Notes: generated by a model from the letters alone, not told the origin. 64,000 nucleotides of DNA from an uncultured Phycisphaerales bacterium (GCA_963755915.1 CAVWLP010000003.1:1184001-1248000); one strand, 5' to 3'; counted from the stretch's first letter, positions 1 to 9,276 are shown. Translations and numbers: made by a program.

Positions 1-205
1 TTGCGGGGGAATCGAAGGCGATGCACGCGCCGCTGTTGTGCGATGTATAGGGGATTCGATCGTCGACCAGGAACTGATGTCGCGTGATGCCGAGCAGCTT
101 CGCGCCTCGCTGCTCGATTTCCTGGGCGAGGCGGCGGGCCAACTGTCCGGTGCCGGGACTGGTGTCGTTGTCGGTGTCGTCGATGCCGATGAGATAAGTG
201 GTCAT
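1..205 (-). CDS. TiaS-like (tRNA(Ile2) agmatinylcytidine synthetase N-terminal-like) protein, 3' truncated by window edge
   Basis: Not in the ORF track. Manual translation from ATG 205: MTTYLIGIDDTDNDTSPGTGQLARRLAQEIEQRGAKLLGITRHQFLVDDRIPYTSHNSGACIAF. IGIDDTD and IPYTSHN resemble the TiaS catalytic motifs. Starts 14 bp after the stop of the upstream gene. Confidence 0.7.
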   Translation of the reverse strand, partial: MTTYLIGIDDTDNDTSPGTGQLARRLAQEIEQRGAKLLGITRHQFLVDDRIPYTSHNSGACIAFDSPA

Positions 206-218
206 ATACGTCCGGCGG

Positions 219-2828
219 TCAGTGAAACTGTTGGCGCGGGCTTTCGCCGACAAAACCGACGCTGCCGTCGAGCATCAGGTAGTTGACGCCCTTTTTATAT
301 CCGGGATGAGATGTGGGCAACGCGCTGACCCAGATATCGCTCATGACCCAGGTTTTGGGGTCCATGCGGAGGTTGAGTTTTCTGGGCCACGAGACGCCGC
401 CGCGAAGGAATTTGCTGAGGCTTGGATCGGAGCCGGCGCTCGAAGCGCCGTAATAGTAATAGCCGATGATGCCGGAGCGAAAATTCTGATCGCTATATTC
501 GAGAGCGGGATCGCGCTGGCTTGGGCAGTAATAGGTTTGGGGGTCGCCGGTGACGTGCCCGGCGGTAAGGGCGTCGAGAAGCTCGACATGGGGATTTTCC
601 ACGGTGGGAGAAACCGGCAAGTCGCCTCCGCTGGCGTGGGCGTAGAGAATCAGCTCGGTGCCGAGCTTACGCAGGTTGTCCTTGCAGAGAGCGAGGTTGG
701 CTGCTTCGCGAGCGCGCTCTATCGAGGGGATGAGCATGGCGGTCGCCAGCGCGACGATTGCAATCAAAGCTAAGAGATGAATGTAGGAAAACCCTGGCCG
801 AGACGCCGATTTTCGATCTGGACGCCTTCGCTTGAGAAAAAGCGACGATGAGCAAAGTCCAAGCAGTGCTGCGCTGACAGGTTCCGGCACATCGGCCGTC
901 AGGCCGTTGGCGTTGGCGAAGGCGTCGAGGGCCGCCCAATCGCCGGGGATTACATCGGCATCGGCGTCGTTGTCGCCCTGACCGAAGTTTTCGGCGAGGG
1001 CGCTGAAATCGGAGCCGTTGACGGAGGAGGTGAAGAGGAAATTGCCCTGGTCCCAGTTGGTGACGCCGAGGCCAAAGTTGGCGGCAAGGATGCTGAAGTC
1101 AGAGCCGTTGACGGCGCCGTCGAGATTGGCGTCGCCGAGAAGCGTATATTTCAGCTCGATCTGGCCGGAGGATAATCCGGCGACGATGCTGTCCTTGCCA
1201 TCGGCGTAGCCTAAACCGTAGGCGTGATTGGCAGCGGCGGAGGAGATGATCCCCGTGCCGTTCCAGGCGCCGCCGTTATAGCCCGATTTGAGCAGCGCGG
1301 CGATTGAAGCGATGGGATCGGAGCCGCTGCCGTAATTGATATAAATGTGATTGTTGTTGATGTCGAGCGTGCCGCTGCCGGTGATAGCCAGGGAGTCAAC
1401 CTGGGCGAGGCCGGTTCCGGCTCCAAGTTTGAGCGTGCCACCGGAGATAGAGACGTTGCTATCGGTGGGAAGAGCGCCGTTGGCTGCTACGATGAGCGTG
1501 CCGGCGGTGACATCGGTGCCGCCGGAATAGGTATCAGCTCCGGCCAATTCGGTGACGCCGCTGCCGGCGATCGTCAGGCTAAATCCCGCGCCATCGTCGC
1601 CGACACTCGATTGAATGGTCAGGGGATTCGAAGAGTTATTGGTCCACGTTTGGCTCGCGCCCAGCAGAACGCCCGGCGTGCCGGCGATGGTGTCGCCGGT
1701 TACGTTGATCGTGTGGGCTCCCGATCCGGATTGAACGGTGATACCGCCGGAAAGAAGGGTCAGGGTATTCGCGCCGCCGACGATGACCGAATTGGTGCGG
1801 GCGGAAGTGAAGGTCAGGCTGTTGATGCTGAAGTCGGCGCCGAGCGTGGTGCTGAGAGTTCCCGCGCTGTTGCCGGTCGAGCCGAAGATGACATTGGTGA
1901 CCCTCCCGCCGGGAATTGCATGAAGGTCGGCGCCGCCGTCGGTGGCGCTCCAATTGGTGCCGGGGCTGGAGGAGGAACCGAGTTCGGTGGACCAGACCAG
2001 TCCGGCCGCGCCGGACTGAGCGCCGGACCAGTAAGCGGTCGCCGGTGGTGCGGCGGTGTAGGTGACGGTTAATTCCGGCGCGAGGGCGGGATCGTCATTT
2101 GCAGCCGCGCCTTGGGCCGACCAGAAAGCGCGGAAGGTTCTGATGTCCGTCTCATCGGCGTTCTTGATAACCCAGCCGAAATTGTTGGACGGATCATTCA
2201 GCCAGTTTTGCACATCCGTCACCATCGCGGCCGACGACCAGGTGAAACTCGCCAAGGTTCCGGTGACGCTGGCGTCGGCAATATCGGTTAATGATGAGGA
2301 CCAGTCTCCGCCGGCGATCGTCCAGGGCGTCGTGCTGTAGAAGGCGTAGTTCCAGGTGGCATCGCCCGGATCGGGCGCCGCGCCGTGCCCGGTGCCGCCG
2401 AAGGTGGTTGCGCCGGGGAAGTTGGTCGGCTGGCCCCACGCCTGCGATTCATCGAAAAGGCTGATGGTTTCCGGGCCGCTGGTTCCGCCGGAGCCACCCC
2501 CCCCGCTGCCGGCAACCTGGCCGACGGTCATTTGAAGGGTTACCCCGGTAATGGTTGCGCCGGACGGGATCGATCCGGCGATGTTGAATTCGATCAGGCC
2601 TCGTTTGGGATTGCCCTCGCCGTCGGTGCCGACAAAGATGCCCGGATCGGCGAGGCTGTTGTTGGTGGTCGCGTCCGAGCCGCCGAGGAGGGTGGCGTCT
2701 TGGGCGGCGCCGAGTTCAATCTGATCCCCTCGAGCCGATGGGGCGCGCAGCGAGAATGCGGCTATTTCCACAAGGCCAAGCGCGGCGGCGGTCACTGCGG
2801 ATTTTCCTGACCTGATACGCATTTGCAT
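219..2828 (-). CDS. Secreted DNRLRE-like domain + autotransporter-associated beta-strand repeat + dockerin-like + internal PEP-CTERM, fused to a C-terminal prepilin-like/H-X9-DG (DUF1559-like) domain
   Basis: Signal peptide; [73 protein letters not shown]; then PG|FSYIHLLALIAIVA..AREAA..C..NLRKLG..YYCPS..HPGYKKGVNYLMLDGSV. Confidence 0.85.
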   Translation of the reverse strand: MQMRIRSGKSAVTAAALGLVEIAAFSLRAPSARGDQIELGAAQDATLLGGSDATTNNSLADPGIFVGTDGEGNPKRGLIEFNIAGSIPSGATITGVTLQMTVGQVAGSGGGGSGGTSGPETISLFDESQAWGQPTNFPGATTFGGTGHGAAPDPGDATWNYAFYSTTPWTIAGGDWSSSLTDIADASVTGTLASFTWSSAAMVTDVQNWLNDPSNNFGWVIKNADETDIRTFRAFWSAQGAAANDDPALAPELTVTYTAAPPATAYWSGAQSGAAGLVWSTELGSSSSPGTNWSATDGGADLHAIPGGRVTNVIFGSTGNSAGTLSTTLGADFSINSLTFTSARTNSVIVGGANTLTLLSGGITVQSGSGAHTINVTGDTIAGTPGVLLGASQTWTNNSSNPLTIQSSVGDDGAGFSLTIAGSGVTELAGADTYSGGTDVTAGTLIVAANGALPTDSNVSISGGTLKLGAGTGLAQVDSLAITGSGTLDINNNHIYINYGSGSDPIASIAALLKSGYNGGAWNGTGIISSAAANHAYGLGYADGKDSIVAGLSSGQIELKYTLLGDANLDGAVNGSDFSILAANFGLGVTNWDQGNFLFTSSVNGSDFSALAENFGQGDNDADADVIPGDWAALDAFANANGLTADVPEPVSAALLGLCSSSLFLKRRRPDRKSASRPGFSYIHLLALIAIVALATAMLIPSIERAREAANLALCKDNLRKLGTELILYAHASGGDLPVSPTVENPHVELLDALTAGHVTGDPQTYYCPSQRDPALEYSDQNFRSGIIGYYYYGASSAGSDPSLSKFLRGGVSWPRKLNLRMDPKTWVMSDIWVSALPTSHPGYKKGVNYLMLDGSVGFVGESPRQQFH

Positions 2829-2831
2829 GCG

Positions 2832-3680
2832 TCAGTTTGCCATTCGTCGCTGCCGGCGGCAAAGCAAAATCGGAGCAACCGCGCCGAGCAGCGAAAGACT
2901 GACCGGCTCCGGGACGGTATAGGTGATGGCCAGGTCCGGCTCAAATCCGTTATTGGCGTTTGTCGCTCCCTGCGTTCCCCAGAATCCTAAAAAGCTCTGG
3001 GCACTCGACGAATCGGCATTGAGGATAGCCAACCCATTGTTGGAAGATGGCGTGTTAACCCATCCCTGCACTTCCGCAATCAGCGCCGACGACGACCACT
3101 GAACTTCCGCACTGTCTGTTCCCTCGATGCCCGAGGTGGTCGCGAGCGCGACTGAGGTTCCGGTTATGTTGGCGGGCATTCCGCTGCTCCAGGCCGTCGC
3201 GAGAGAGGGCATTGAGTTGTAAGCAGCGTCGTTCCAGGTGGCGTCGCCCGGATCAGCCCCAAAGCCCTGCCCATGGCCGCCGAATGTGGTGGAACCCACT
3301 TCGTTGGTCGAAGCGCCCCACGCCTGAGATTCATCATAAAGACTGATTGTTCGCGTAGGCCCGGAATCCACGACATTGCTCCCACCGCTTCCGGCGACCA
3401 TGCCGATGTAGAGATCGAGCGTTGCCCCCGTGATGGTGGCGTACGATGGAATTGACGAGATATTGAAGGCCATCAAACCGATTTTGAATGAAGTATTTGA
3501 ATCGGTGCCCACAAAAATTCCCGGATCGCCCAGACTATTCGTCAGGTCGCCTTGAAAAAGCGTGTCGTCGCCCGTCGAAGGGGCGTTGTCGAGAATATCC
3601 GCCCGCGCCGATGAGACGCAGATCGCGGAGACATTGACGCAAACAGCGACAAATAAAATTTTCGTCAGGTTCATTCTCAT
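2832..3680 (-). CDS. DNRLRE-like domain PEP-CTERM protein
   Basis: Signal peptide; paralogous to the N-terminus of 219..2828 (DPGIFVGTD, TISLYDESQAWG); C-terminal VPEPVSLSLLGAVAPILLCRRQRR. Start chosen from AGGAG RBS at 3688-3692. Confidence 0.85.
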   Translation of the reverse strand: MRMNLTKILFVAVCVNVSAICVSSARADILDNAPSTGDDTLFQGDLTNSLGDPGIFVGTDSNTSFKIGLMAFNISSIPSYATITGATLDLYIGMVAGSGGSNVVDSGPTRTISLYDESQAWGASTNEVGSTTFGGHGQGFGADPGDATWNDAAYNSMPSLATAWSSGMPANITGTSVALATTSGIEGTDSAEVQWSSSALIAEVQGWVNTPSSNNGLAILNADSSSAQSFLGFWGTQGATNANNGFEPDLAITYTVPEPVSLSLLGAVAPILLCRRQRRMAN

Positions 3681-3725
3681 GTGCATTCTCCTTTTCCTTA
3701 AAAGCTCCAATTGGAGGGTTGGTGT

Positions 3726-4475
3726 TTACTGAGCGCTGTTCCAGGTACTTCCTGGCGGCAGCCAGCGAACGTCGGCATGCTCGATGACGCCCGTGCCGCA
3801 ACCGATATAGGCGGCGGGAATCGCGGCGACATGTCCGTCGAGAAAACAGATGTTTACGGAATTGTTGTTGTGGCGCGGGACGGGGTTGTATCCGCCGGCC
3901 GTTTTTGACGGATAGACCGAACAGTAATTCCCAGGCCCATCCGCGAACAGCACCATGGTGGCGGTGCTGCCTACGGCGGTGATCTTGTTGGGTTGCCCGT
4001 TGTTCTGATTTGCTTCCCAGACGGAAAGCGCCATGTTCATCCCGAACGACCAGTAGTATGTGCCGGGCATGTCCACGGCCTGAGGGCAGATCCAGACGGA
4101 ACGATCCGGCGGACGCGGAATTGCGTTTGTCGACGCCAGCGTTTTCACCGTTGGGTCGGCGTCTCCATACTCCGGCAGCTTCATCAGCGGAGGCAGCGCG
4201 TTAAACCAATCCGTCGGCCGATTGATGATGCCGGTCGGACCAACCCCCTGGCCGCGGCGGGGAAGAAACCCATTGTTTTCGTTGGCGTACAGCGCCGTTG
4301 CGATGGCCCACTGGCGGAAATTCGACTGGCACGTGATCCCCCCCACGCTTCGCCGGGCCAGTGTCAGCGTCGGCAGCAGCAGACCCATGAGGATCGCCAC
4401 GATGCCGATTACCACCAGCAACTCGACGAGCGTAAAACCCGCGGAGCGATTGTTGTTACCGTGGATAGGATCCAT
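3726..4475 (-). CDS. DUF1559-like prepilin-type N-terminal cleavage/methylation protein with H-X9-DG motif
   Basis: [51 protein letters not shown]. Confidence 0.9.
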   Translation of the reverse strand: MDPIHGNNNRSAGFTLVELLVVIGIVAILMGLLLPTLTLARRSVGGITCQSNFRQWAIATALYANENNGFLPRRGQGVGPTGIINRPTDWFNALPPLMKLPEYGDADPTVKTLASTNAIPRPPDRSVWICPQAVDMPGTYYWSFGMNMALSVWEANQNNGQPNKITAVGSTATMVLFADGPGNYCSVYPSKTAGGYNPVPRHNNNSVNICFLDGHVAAIPAAYIGCGTGVIEHADVRWLPPGSTWNSAQ

Positions 4476-4545
4476 GCAATATCTCCGAGCCTCGCAAAGC
4501 GTTTACCAAGGAGGCTATGTATACGGAGGTATATAACGGGTCAAG

Positions 4546-4582
4546 AAAAAAAACGCCTCCGCCGCCGGCAAATGGAGGCGTT
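4546..4582 (-). terminator. Intrinsic terminator (possibly conditional) between xylR-like gene and DUF1559 operon
   Basis: Minus strand AACGCCTCC-N13-GGAGGCGTT followed by a T-run (plus-strand A-run 4546-4553). Confidence 0.75.
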
Positions 4583-4701
4583 GTTGCTATCTGCACACAC
4601 AATGTTCGGTAAGCAAATACGCCTACGCGATGCTCTGCCTCGTCGCGGCCGGAGGGATCATGTTGCAAGAGATTAGGCTGTCGGGCCGGAGGCCCACCTC
4701 G

Positions 4702-6090
4702 TCAGTTAGGGGGAAGCTGCTGCCAACGAGGCCTTGGCGTGAATTGCCGGCGGTAGGCGGTAGGGGTGGTGCCGGTGGACTGGAGGAAGCTGGTGGCCAT
4801 GTATTCGGGGGTGGCGAAGCCGCTTTGGCGGGCGACTTCGTAGACGGGTAAATCGGTCTGGAGGAGGACCTTGGCGCGCTCCAGGCGGATGCGGCGGATT
4901 TCTTCGAGGGGGGTGTGGCCCAGGACGCTCACGAACCGCCGCTCGAGGGTGCGGCGGTTGACGGGGACTTCATCTAATAGCTGTTTCACCGATAGTCCTT
5001 CGACCGCGTGGCGGCGGATGTGGCGCAGGGCGGCGGCTACGTCGGGGTCGTCTACGGCTAATACGTCCGTGGATTGGCGGGTGACGACTTCGATCGGGGG
5101 GACGCGCTTGATGGTCGCGGGGACTTTGCGGCGCATGATCATTTGATCCAGCAGGTGGACGGCGATCCGGCCGATCTGCTCGGCGCCGATGCGGATGCTG
5201 GAGAGGGGCGGATGGGCGATTTCGCAGAGGAGAGCTTCGTCGTCTACGCCGAGGATGGCGATGTCTTCGGGAACCTGGAGGCCGACTTCGCGGGCGGCCT
5301 GGAGGAGCTCGAAGCCCCAGGTGTCGCTGGTGGAGAAGAGAGCGAGGGGACGGGGCAGGGAGAGGAGCCAGTTGCCCATGGCGGCGGCGCGGCGCTGGTT
5401 GGGGGCGTCGAGGGCGGCGCTGGCGGCGTCGGGGGCGGAGCCGTAGCTGGAGAAGGTGAAAGGTTTGGGGTTGTCGTCGTGATTGACGTCGGCGCGATTG
5501 GTTTGGGCGCGATTGGTCTCCGCGCGGGCGCGGAAGGTTTTTTCGATTTCGGTGCGGAATCCGGTTTCGCGTTCGCGGGACCAGAGCATTCCGGGTGCAC
5601 CGAAGTAGGCGAAGTGGCGGAAGCCGCGCTCGAGGAAATGGCGGGCGGCGAGCTGGCCGGTGGCGACGTCGTCGGGAAGGATGCGGGGGAATTCGGATTT
5701 GGCGCGGCTTTCGAAAACTTCGACGACGGGTTTCTTGGTTTCGCGGTAAACCTTGGCGAGGCGGTCGTCGTAGATCTGGCAGATGATTCCGTCGGGGTTC
5801 CAGTCTTTAAACCATCGGGCGAGGTACTTGCTGGAGTGGCCGTAGATTCCGCGGTAAACGCGGAAGAGCCAGGGATTGTCGCGGCGTTTTTTGGGAGTGG
5901 GCGCGGTGGCGGGCGCGGCGGCGGCGGTGGCGGAATACATGTTTCGTTCGCGGGTGGCGGCGATGATTCCGCGGAGGACGCCCCGGGCGTAGGCGTATTC
6001 GGTGGGGAGGACGACGGCGATATGGACGAATTTGGGTGGGGTGGGGCCGGGCACGAAGGGGGATTTTACCTTGAGGATGACTTGTCGCAA
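4702..6090 (-). CDS. XylR-family transcriptional regulator (periplasmic-binding-like sensor + AraC HTH)
   Basis: YARGVLRGI, DGII, ERGFRHFAY, VPEDIAILGVDD, PPLSSI, VTRQSTD, RRTLERRF..RIRLERAKVLL..SGF..TPTAYR. TTG start uncertain. Confidence 0.9.
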   Translation of the reverse strand: MRQVILKVKSPFVPGPTPPKFVHIAVVLPTEYAYARGVLRGIIAATRERNMYSATAAAAPATAPTPKKRRDNPWLFRVYRGIYGHSSKYLARWFKDWNPDGIICQIYDDRLAKVYRETKKPVVEVFESRAKSEFPRILPDDVATGQLAARHFLERGFRHFAYFGAPGMLWSRERETGFRTEIEKTFRARAETNRAQTNRADVNHDDNPKPFTFSSYGSAPDAASAALDAPNQRRAAAMGNWLLSLPRPLALFSTSDTWGFELLQAAREVGLQVPEDIAILGVDDEALLCEIAHPPLSSIRIGAEQIGRIAVHLLDQMIMRRKVPATIKRVPPIEVVTRQSTDVLAVDDPDVAAALRHIRRHAVEGLSVKQLLDEVPVNRRTLERRFVSVLGHTPLEEIRRIRLERAKVLLQTDLPVYEVARQSGFATPEYMATSFLQSTGTTPTAYRRQFTPRPRWQQLPPN

Positions 6091-6242
6091 ATACGAAGTT
6101 TTGATTTGGTTGAAGGGGAGCTTTGTGAGTACGGCCCCCTCCCCAGCCCTACCCTGGAATACGAGGTGTGGGGAAAATGCTAGTGAATAACCAGCTTAAA
6201 ACGACTGTGTGGACTAAAGGCGAAAATGCAGGACAGGAGCAT

Positions 6243-6307
6243 TTGTCGCAAAATCAGAGCTTTAATTCGCAAATATTGAGAGACGATTTTTGGGAAGGGT
6301 GTAGATT
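6243..6307 (+). promoter_or_regulatory. Candidate XylR-type activator site and -10 box
   Basis: TTGTCGCAAAATCAGAGCTTTAATTCGCAAATATTGAG; TCGCAAA at 6246 and 6267 (21 bp apart); TAGATT at 6302. Confidence 0.65.
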
Positions 6308-6366
6308 GTGGGTGTGGTCAGCAAGCGAGGGCTTGCCCGACTTACACACACTTCGGAGGGCTCTAT

Positions 6367-7119
6367 ATGAATCGTTTGCTATCTGGAATGGCGGCAGTTG
6401 CGTTTGCGGCGGGGCTGTGGTGGACGGCGGGCGCGGCGTGGGCAACCGTCTACGCGGGTCCGGGAACGGGGGACGGGACTGTCGCCAATGACGGTGGCGC
6501 GATCAGCAGCGTGGATGTCACCAACGACGCGAATAACATCAGCTTTACGATCAATTCGACACAGAACATGCAGTCGTATATTTTCTTTGAGGTCGAGCTT
6601 CAGATCACGGGGCAGGCGGGTAGTGGGGATAAGAGTCTGACCAACAATCCCTATACGGCGCCGAATGTGGGTATCAGCACGGGCGTTAACTCTTTGATCG
6701 ATACGTATGGGTCGGGATTTGACACCTATACGTGGAGCGGCGCCTGGAACCATACGGATGATGCTGCGTTTGCGGCGGGGGGTACGGGGAATACGTTTGC
6801 CACGATCACGGTTCCGCTAAGTTACCTGGATCTGAGCGTGGGGAACAGTTTTCTGTTCGACGTGGTTTCGTCCTACACGAATCCAACCGGGCAGTCGGCG
6901 TATAGCGCTTTGGACAGCACGGGATATCCGGCGGAGACGGATAATTCCTATAAGCCGTACCTGGGGACGAACGATTATGACTCTGCAACGGATGCCAGTT
7001 CGACTTTTAATTCTGCAGCGAGCCTTTATATCGTGACGGCGGTTCCGGAGCCGGCGACGATCGGGTTGGTTGCGCTGTCGAGCCTGGGGCTGATGGCGCG
7101 GCGGAATAAGAAGAACTGA
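6367..7119 (+). CDS. PEP-CTERM sorting-domain protein with uncharacterised domain
   Basis: GGAGGG RBS, signal peptide, C-terminal VPEPATIGLVALSSLGLMARRNKKN. Confidence 0.9.
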   Translation: MNRLLSGMAAVAFAAGLWWTAGAAWATVYAGPGTGDGTVANDGGAISSVDVTNDANNISFTINSTQNMQSYIFFEVELQITGQAGSGDKSLTNNPYTAPNVGISTGVNSLIDTYGSGFDTYTWSGAWNHTDDAAFAAGGTGNTFATITVPLSYLDLSVGNSFLFDVVSSYTNPTGQSAYSALDSTGYPAETDNSYKPYLGTNDYDSATDASSTFNSAASLYIVTAVPEPATIGLVALSSLGLMARRNKKN

Positions 7120-7225
7120 ATCCGGGCAAATAATTTCACCTGGCACAGACTGCGTGTCCGATCGGAAATATCTGGGTCGGACACGCAGTGTTTTTTGATG
7201 GAAAAGACGTTCTAACGCCGAGGCG

Positions 7226-9198
7226 GTAGAGTAGAGAACTGAACGACCCGATTGCCGCTCAGCTCTCCCTCTTCGAACCGGACGAGCGGGTTTCCCGCAT
7301 CCGGCTCTCACGGTATTGTTCTTCTCAAGCATTCACGGTCGGAACAGGTCGCAGGCTGATGAGGCCCAGACGCTGCAACTGTTCGTACCAGCTCCTCGCT
7401 CCGCGCACACGGAACGGACGCTGGCTGCGACGTTTAAGGTGTCGTTCCAGTCGCTCCTGCACAAATCGGTTGATCTGACGGAACGCCTTGCGCGGATAGC
7501 CTTTGCCGAAGTAGTTGGCCCATCCTCTCAGGTGCTCGTTGATCTGTACGATCAACGCCGGGATGGGCACAAAGCCTGCTTCGGGTCCGGTCATCTCCCG
7601 CAATTTGTCCCGCTCACGCTGCATCGACTTGCTCGAAGGACAGAGGTTCAGATAACGCCCCGGCCCGCCTTGCAGGCTCCGGTCGTACCGGAACCTGTAC
7701 CCGAGAAAGTTCAGACTTTCGCCCGGCTCTTTCAACTTCACCGTGCGGGTCTTGTCGGTGTTGATCGTCAGATCAAACCGGCCTTGCAGCGTGCGTTCCA
7801 CGAACTGCTTGATCTGAGGGCCTATATACCTTGCCATGATGACAAAGTCGTCGGCGTACCGGATCAGCCGGGCGTTCGCCCAGCGATGCGGGCCATCGGA
7901 TCGGTGGAACAATTTATCAAACCAGTGCAGATATAGGTTGGCCAGCAGCGGCGAGATCACTCCGCCCTGCGGCGTTCCCTGTTTGCTCCGGGTGACTTTC
8001 GGTGGATCGCCGGGCTTCTCGCCTTCTTCGACGATCACCGCCTTCAGCCACATCCGGATCAGCTTCAGCACGCTTCCGTCCGTGATCCGCTTCTGGACAC
8101 ACGCCATCAGTTTCTCATGGGGAATCGTGTCGAAGTACGACTGCAAATCCGCGTCATACACTTCCCTTCGGCCCTGCTGGAGGTTTTGCTTGATCGCCTC
8201 CAGCGCATCGTGAGCCGAGCGACCGGGACGGAATCCATACGAACAGTCCAGGAAATCCGCCTCGAAGATCGGCTCGATGAGCAGCAGCACCGCCATCTGC
8301 ACCACGCGATCTCGGATCGTGGGGATGCCCAATGGACGCCGCTTGCCGTTGGCTTTGGGAATGTACACGCGCTTCACCGGCTGCGGGCGGTAGGTGCGGG
8401 TCTTGAGCGATTCTTCGATCTCGCTCAGGAATCCACTGACGCCGTGCTCGGAGTTTTGCACCTTCTCGATGCTCACCCCGTCCAAGCCGGGCGCCCCGCC
8501 GTTGGCGGACACCCGGTCCCACGCCGCTTCCAGAACATCGCGCCGGCAGATCCGGTCGTACAAGGTGTAAAACCGAAACCCCGGTTCCCGCTTGGCTTTG
8601 AGGTATAGCTTCTGTCTCAGAAGAAAGACTTTCCCCGGCAGACCCCTGGAGTTCACCCTCAGGTGCTCCGGCAAGTCTGTCGGATCATCCGTACTGTCAG
8701 GTTGTCCCTGCAAGCGGGCCTCTCTTCTTCTTACTTCCGCTCGATACCGTCAGGGCTCCTTGGCTCGCGGCAGGCTTCGCCTCCGCTCACGGGCATTACC
8801 CCGCTTCTCAGCTACTATGAGCCCATCCGACTCCCCACGCTTCCCGTCCCTTGGTTATGTCTTTCCAACGAGCCGCACAACGATGCGTGGGGTCTCTCAG
8901 TTCCCGATCTTGTCTGTCGGCACGCGCCGTCCCCATCGACCCCGAGGAGCCGGACGATTGCTCGCACCCGCTGCTTCATCGTCCGCGCCGGCTTGGCCCT
9001 CTCTGACGGGTTGGCCACTCCCATTGGCGTAACGAGGCTGGTTTGGGTTCGCTTAACGCTACGGCTCGCGCCTTCGCCTTCCGGGGCTTCGCGCGACCGA
9101 TTGCTCCGTCGTCACGCCCGGGCGGCTACACGGCTAACGGGTCATTCCATGGTGAACTCCTTTCAGTTCACAAGACAAAACCGGTTTCACTGACGCAC
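7226..9198 (-). mobile_element. Group II intron (full length, ~1973 nt)
   Basis: Minus-strand 5' end GTGCG at 9198; domain V GAGCCGGATGCGGGAAACCCGCTCGTCCGGTTC (AGC triad); domain VI ending CTCTACTCTAC at 7226; encodes RT/maturase. Confidence 0.9.
7325..8713 (-). CDS. ltrA: Group II intron reverse transcriptase/maturase lacking endonuclease domain
   Basis: [75 protein letters not shown]; no C-terminal HNH. Confidence 0.95.
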   Translation of the reverse strand: MQGQPDSTDDPTDLPEHLRVNSRGLPGKVFLLRQKLYLKAKREPGFRFYTLYDRICRRDVLEAAWDRVSANGGAPGLDGVSIEKVQNSEHGVSGFLSEIEESLKTRTYRPQPVKRVYIPKANGKRRPLGIPTIRDRVVQMAVLLLIEPIFEADFLDCSYGFRPGRSAHDALEAIKQNLQQGRREVYDADLQSYFDTIPHEKLMACVQKRITDGSVLKLIRMWLKAVIVEEGEKPGDPPKVTRSKQGTPQGGVISPLLANLYLHWFDKLFHRSDGPHRWANARLIRYADDFVIMARYIGPQIKQFVERTLQGRFDLTINTDKTRTVKLKEPGESLNFLGYRFRYDRSLQGGPGRYLNLCPSSKSMQRERDKLREMTGPEAGFVPIPALIVQINEHLRGWANYFGKGYPRKAFRQINRFVQERLERHLKRRSQRPFRVRGARSWYEQLQRLGLISLRPVPTVNA

Positions 9199-9276
9199 CA
9201 GAGGCGCTGAGAAAGACGAAAACAGGTATCCTTTCTGTGCGACTCTGCGCCTCTGCGTGATCATTTTCGGGGTGTT

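Noticed and set aside
4590-4680. Known riboswitch (cobalamin, c-di-GMP, fluoride, lysine)
   Set aside because: Consensus cores were not recognisable. Kept only as an attenuator candidate.
7325-8713. RT as retron, DGR or CRISPR-associated RT
   Set aside because: Complete group II intron ends, domain V/VI and maturase domain are present. No template/variable repeat pair or cas genes were seen.
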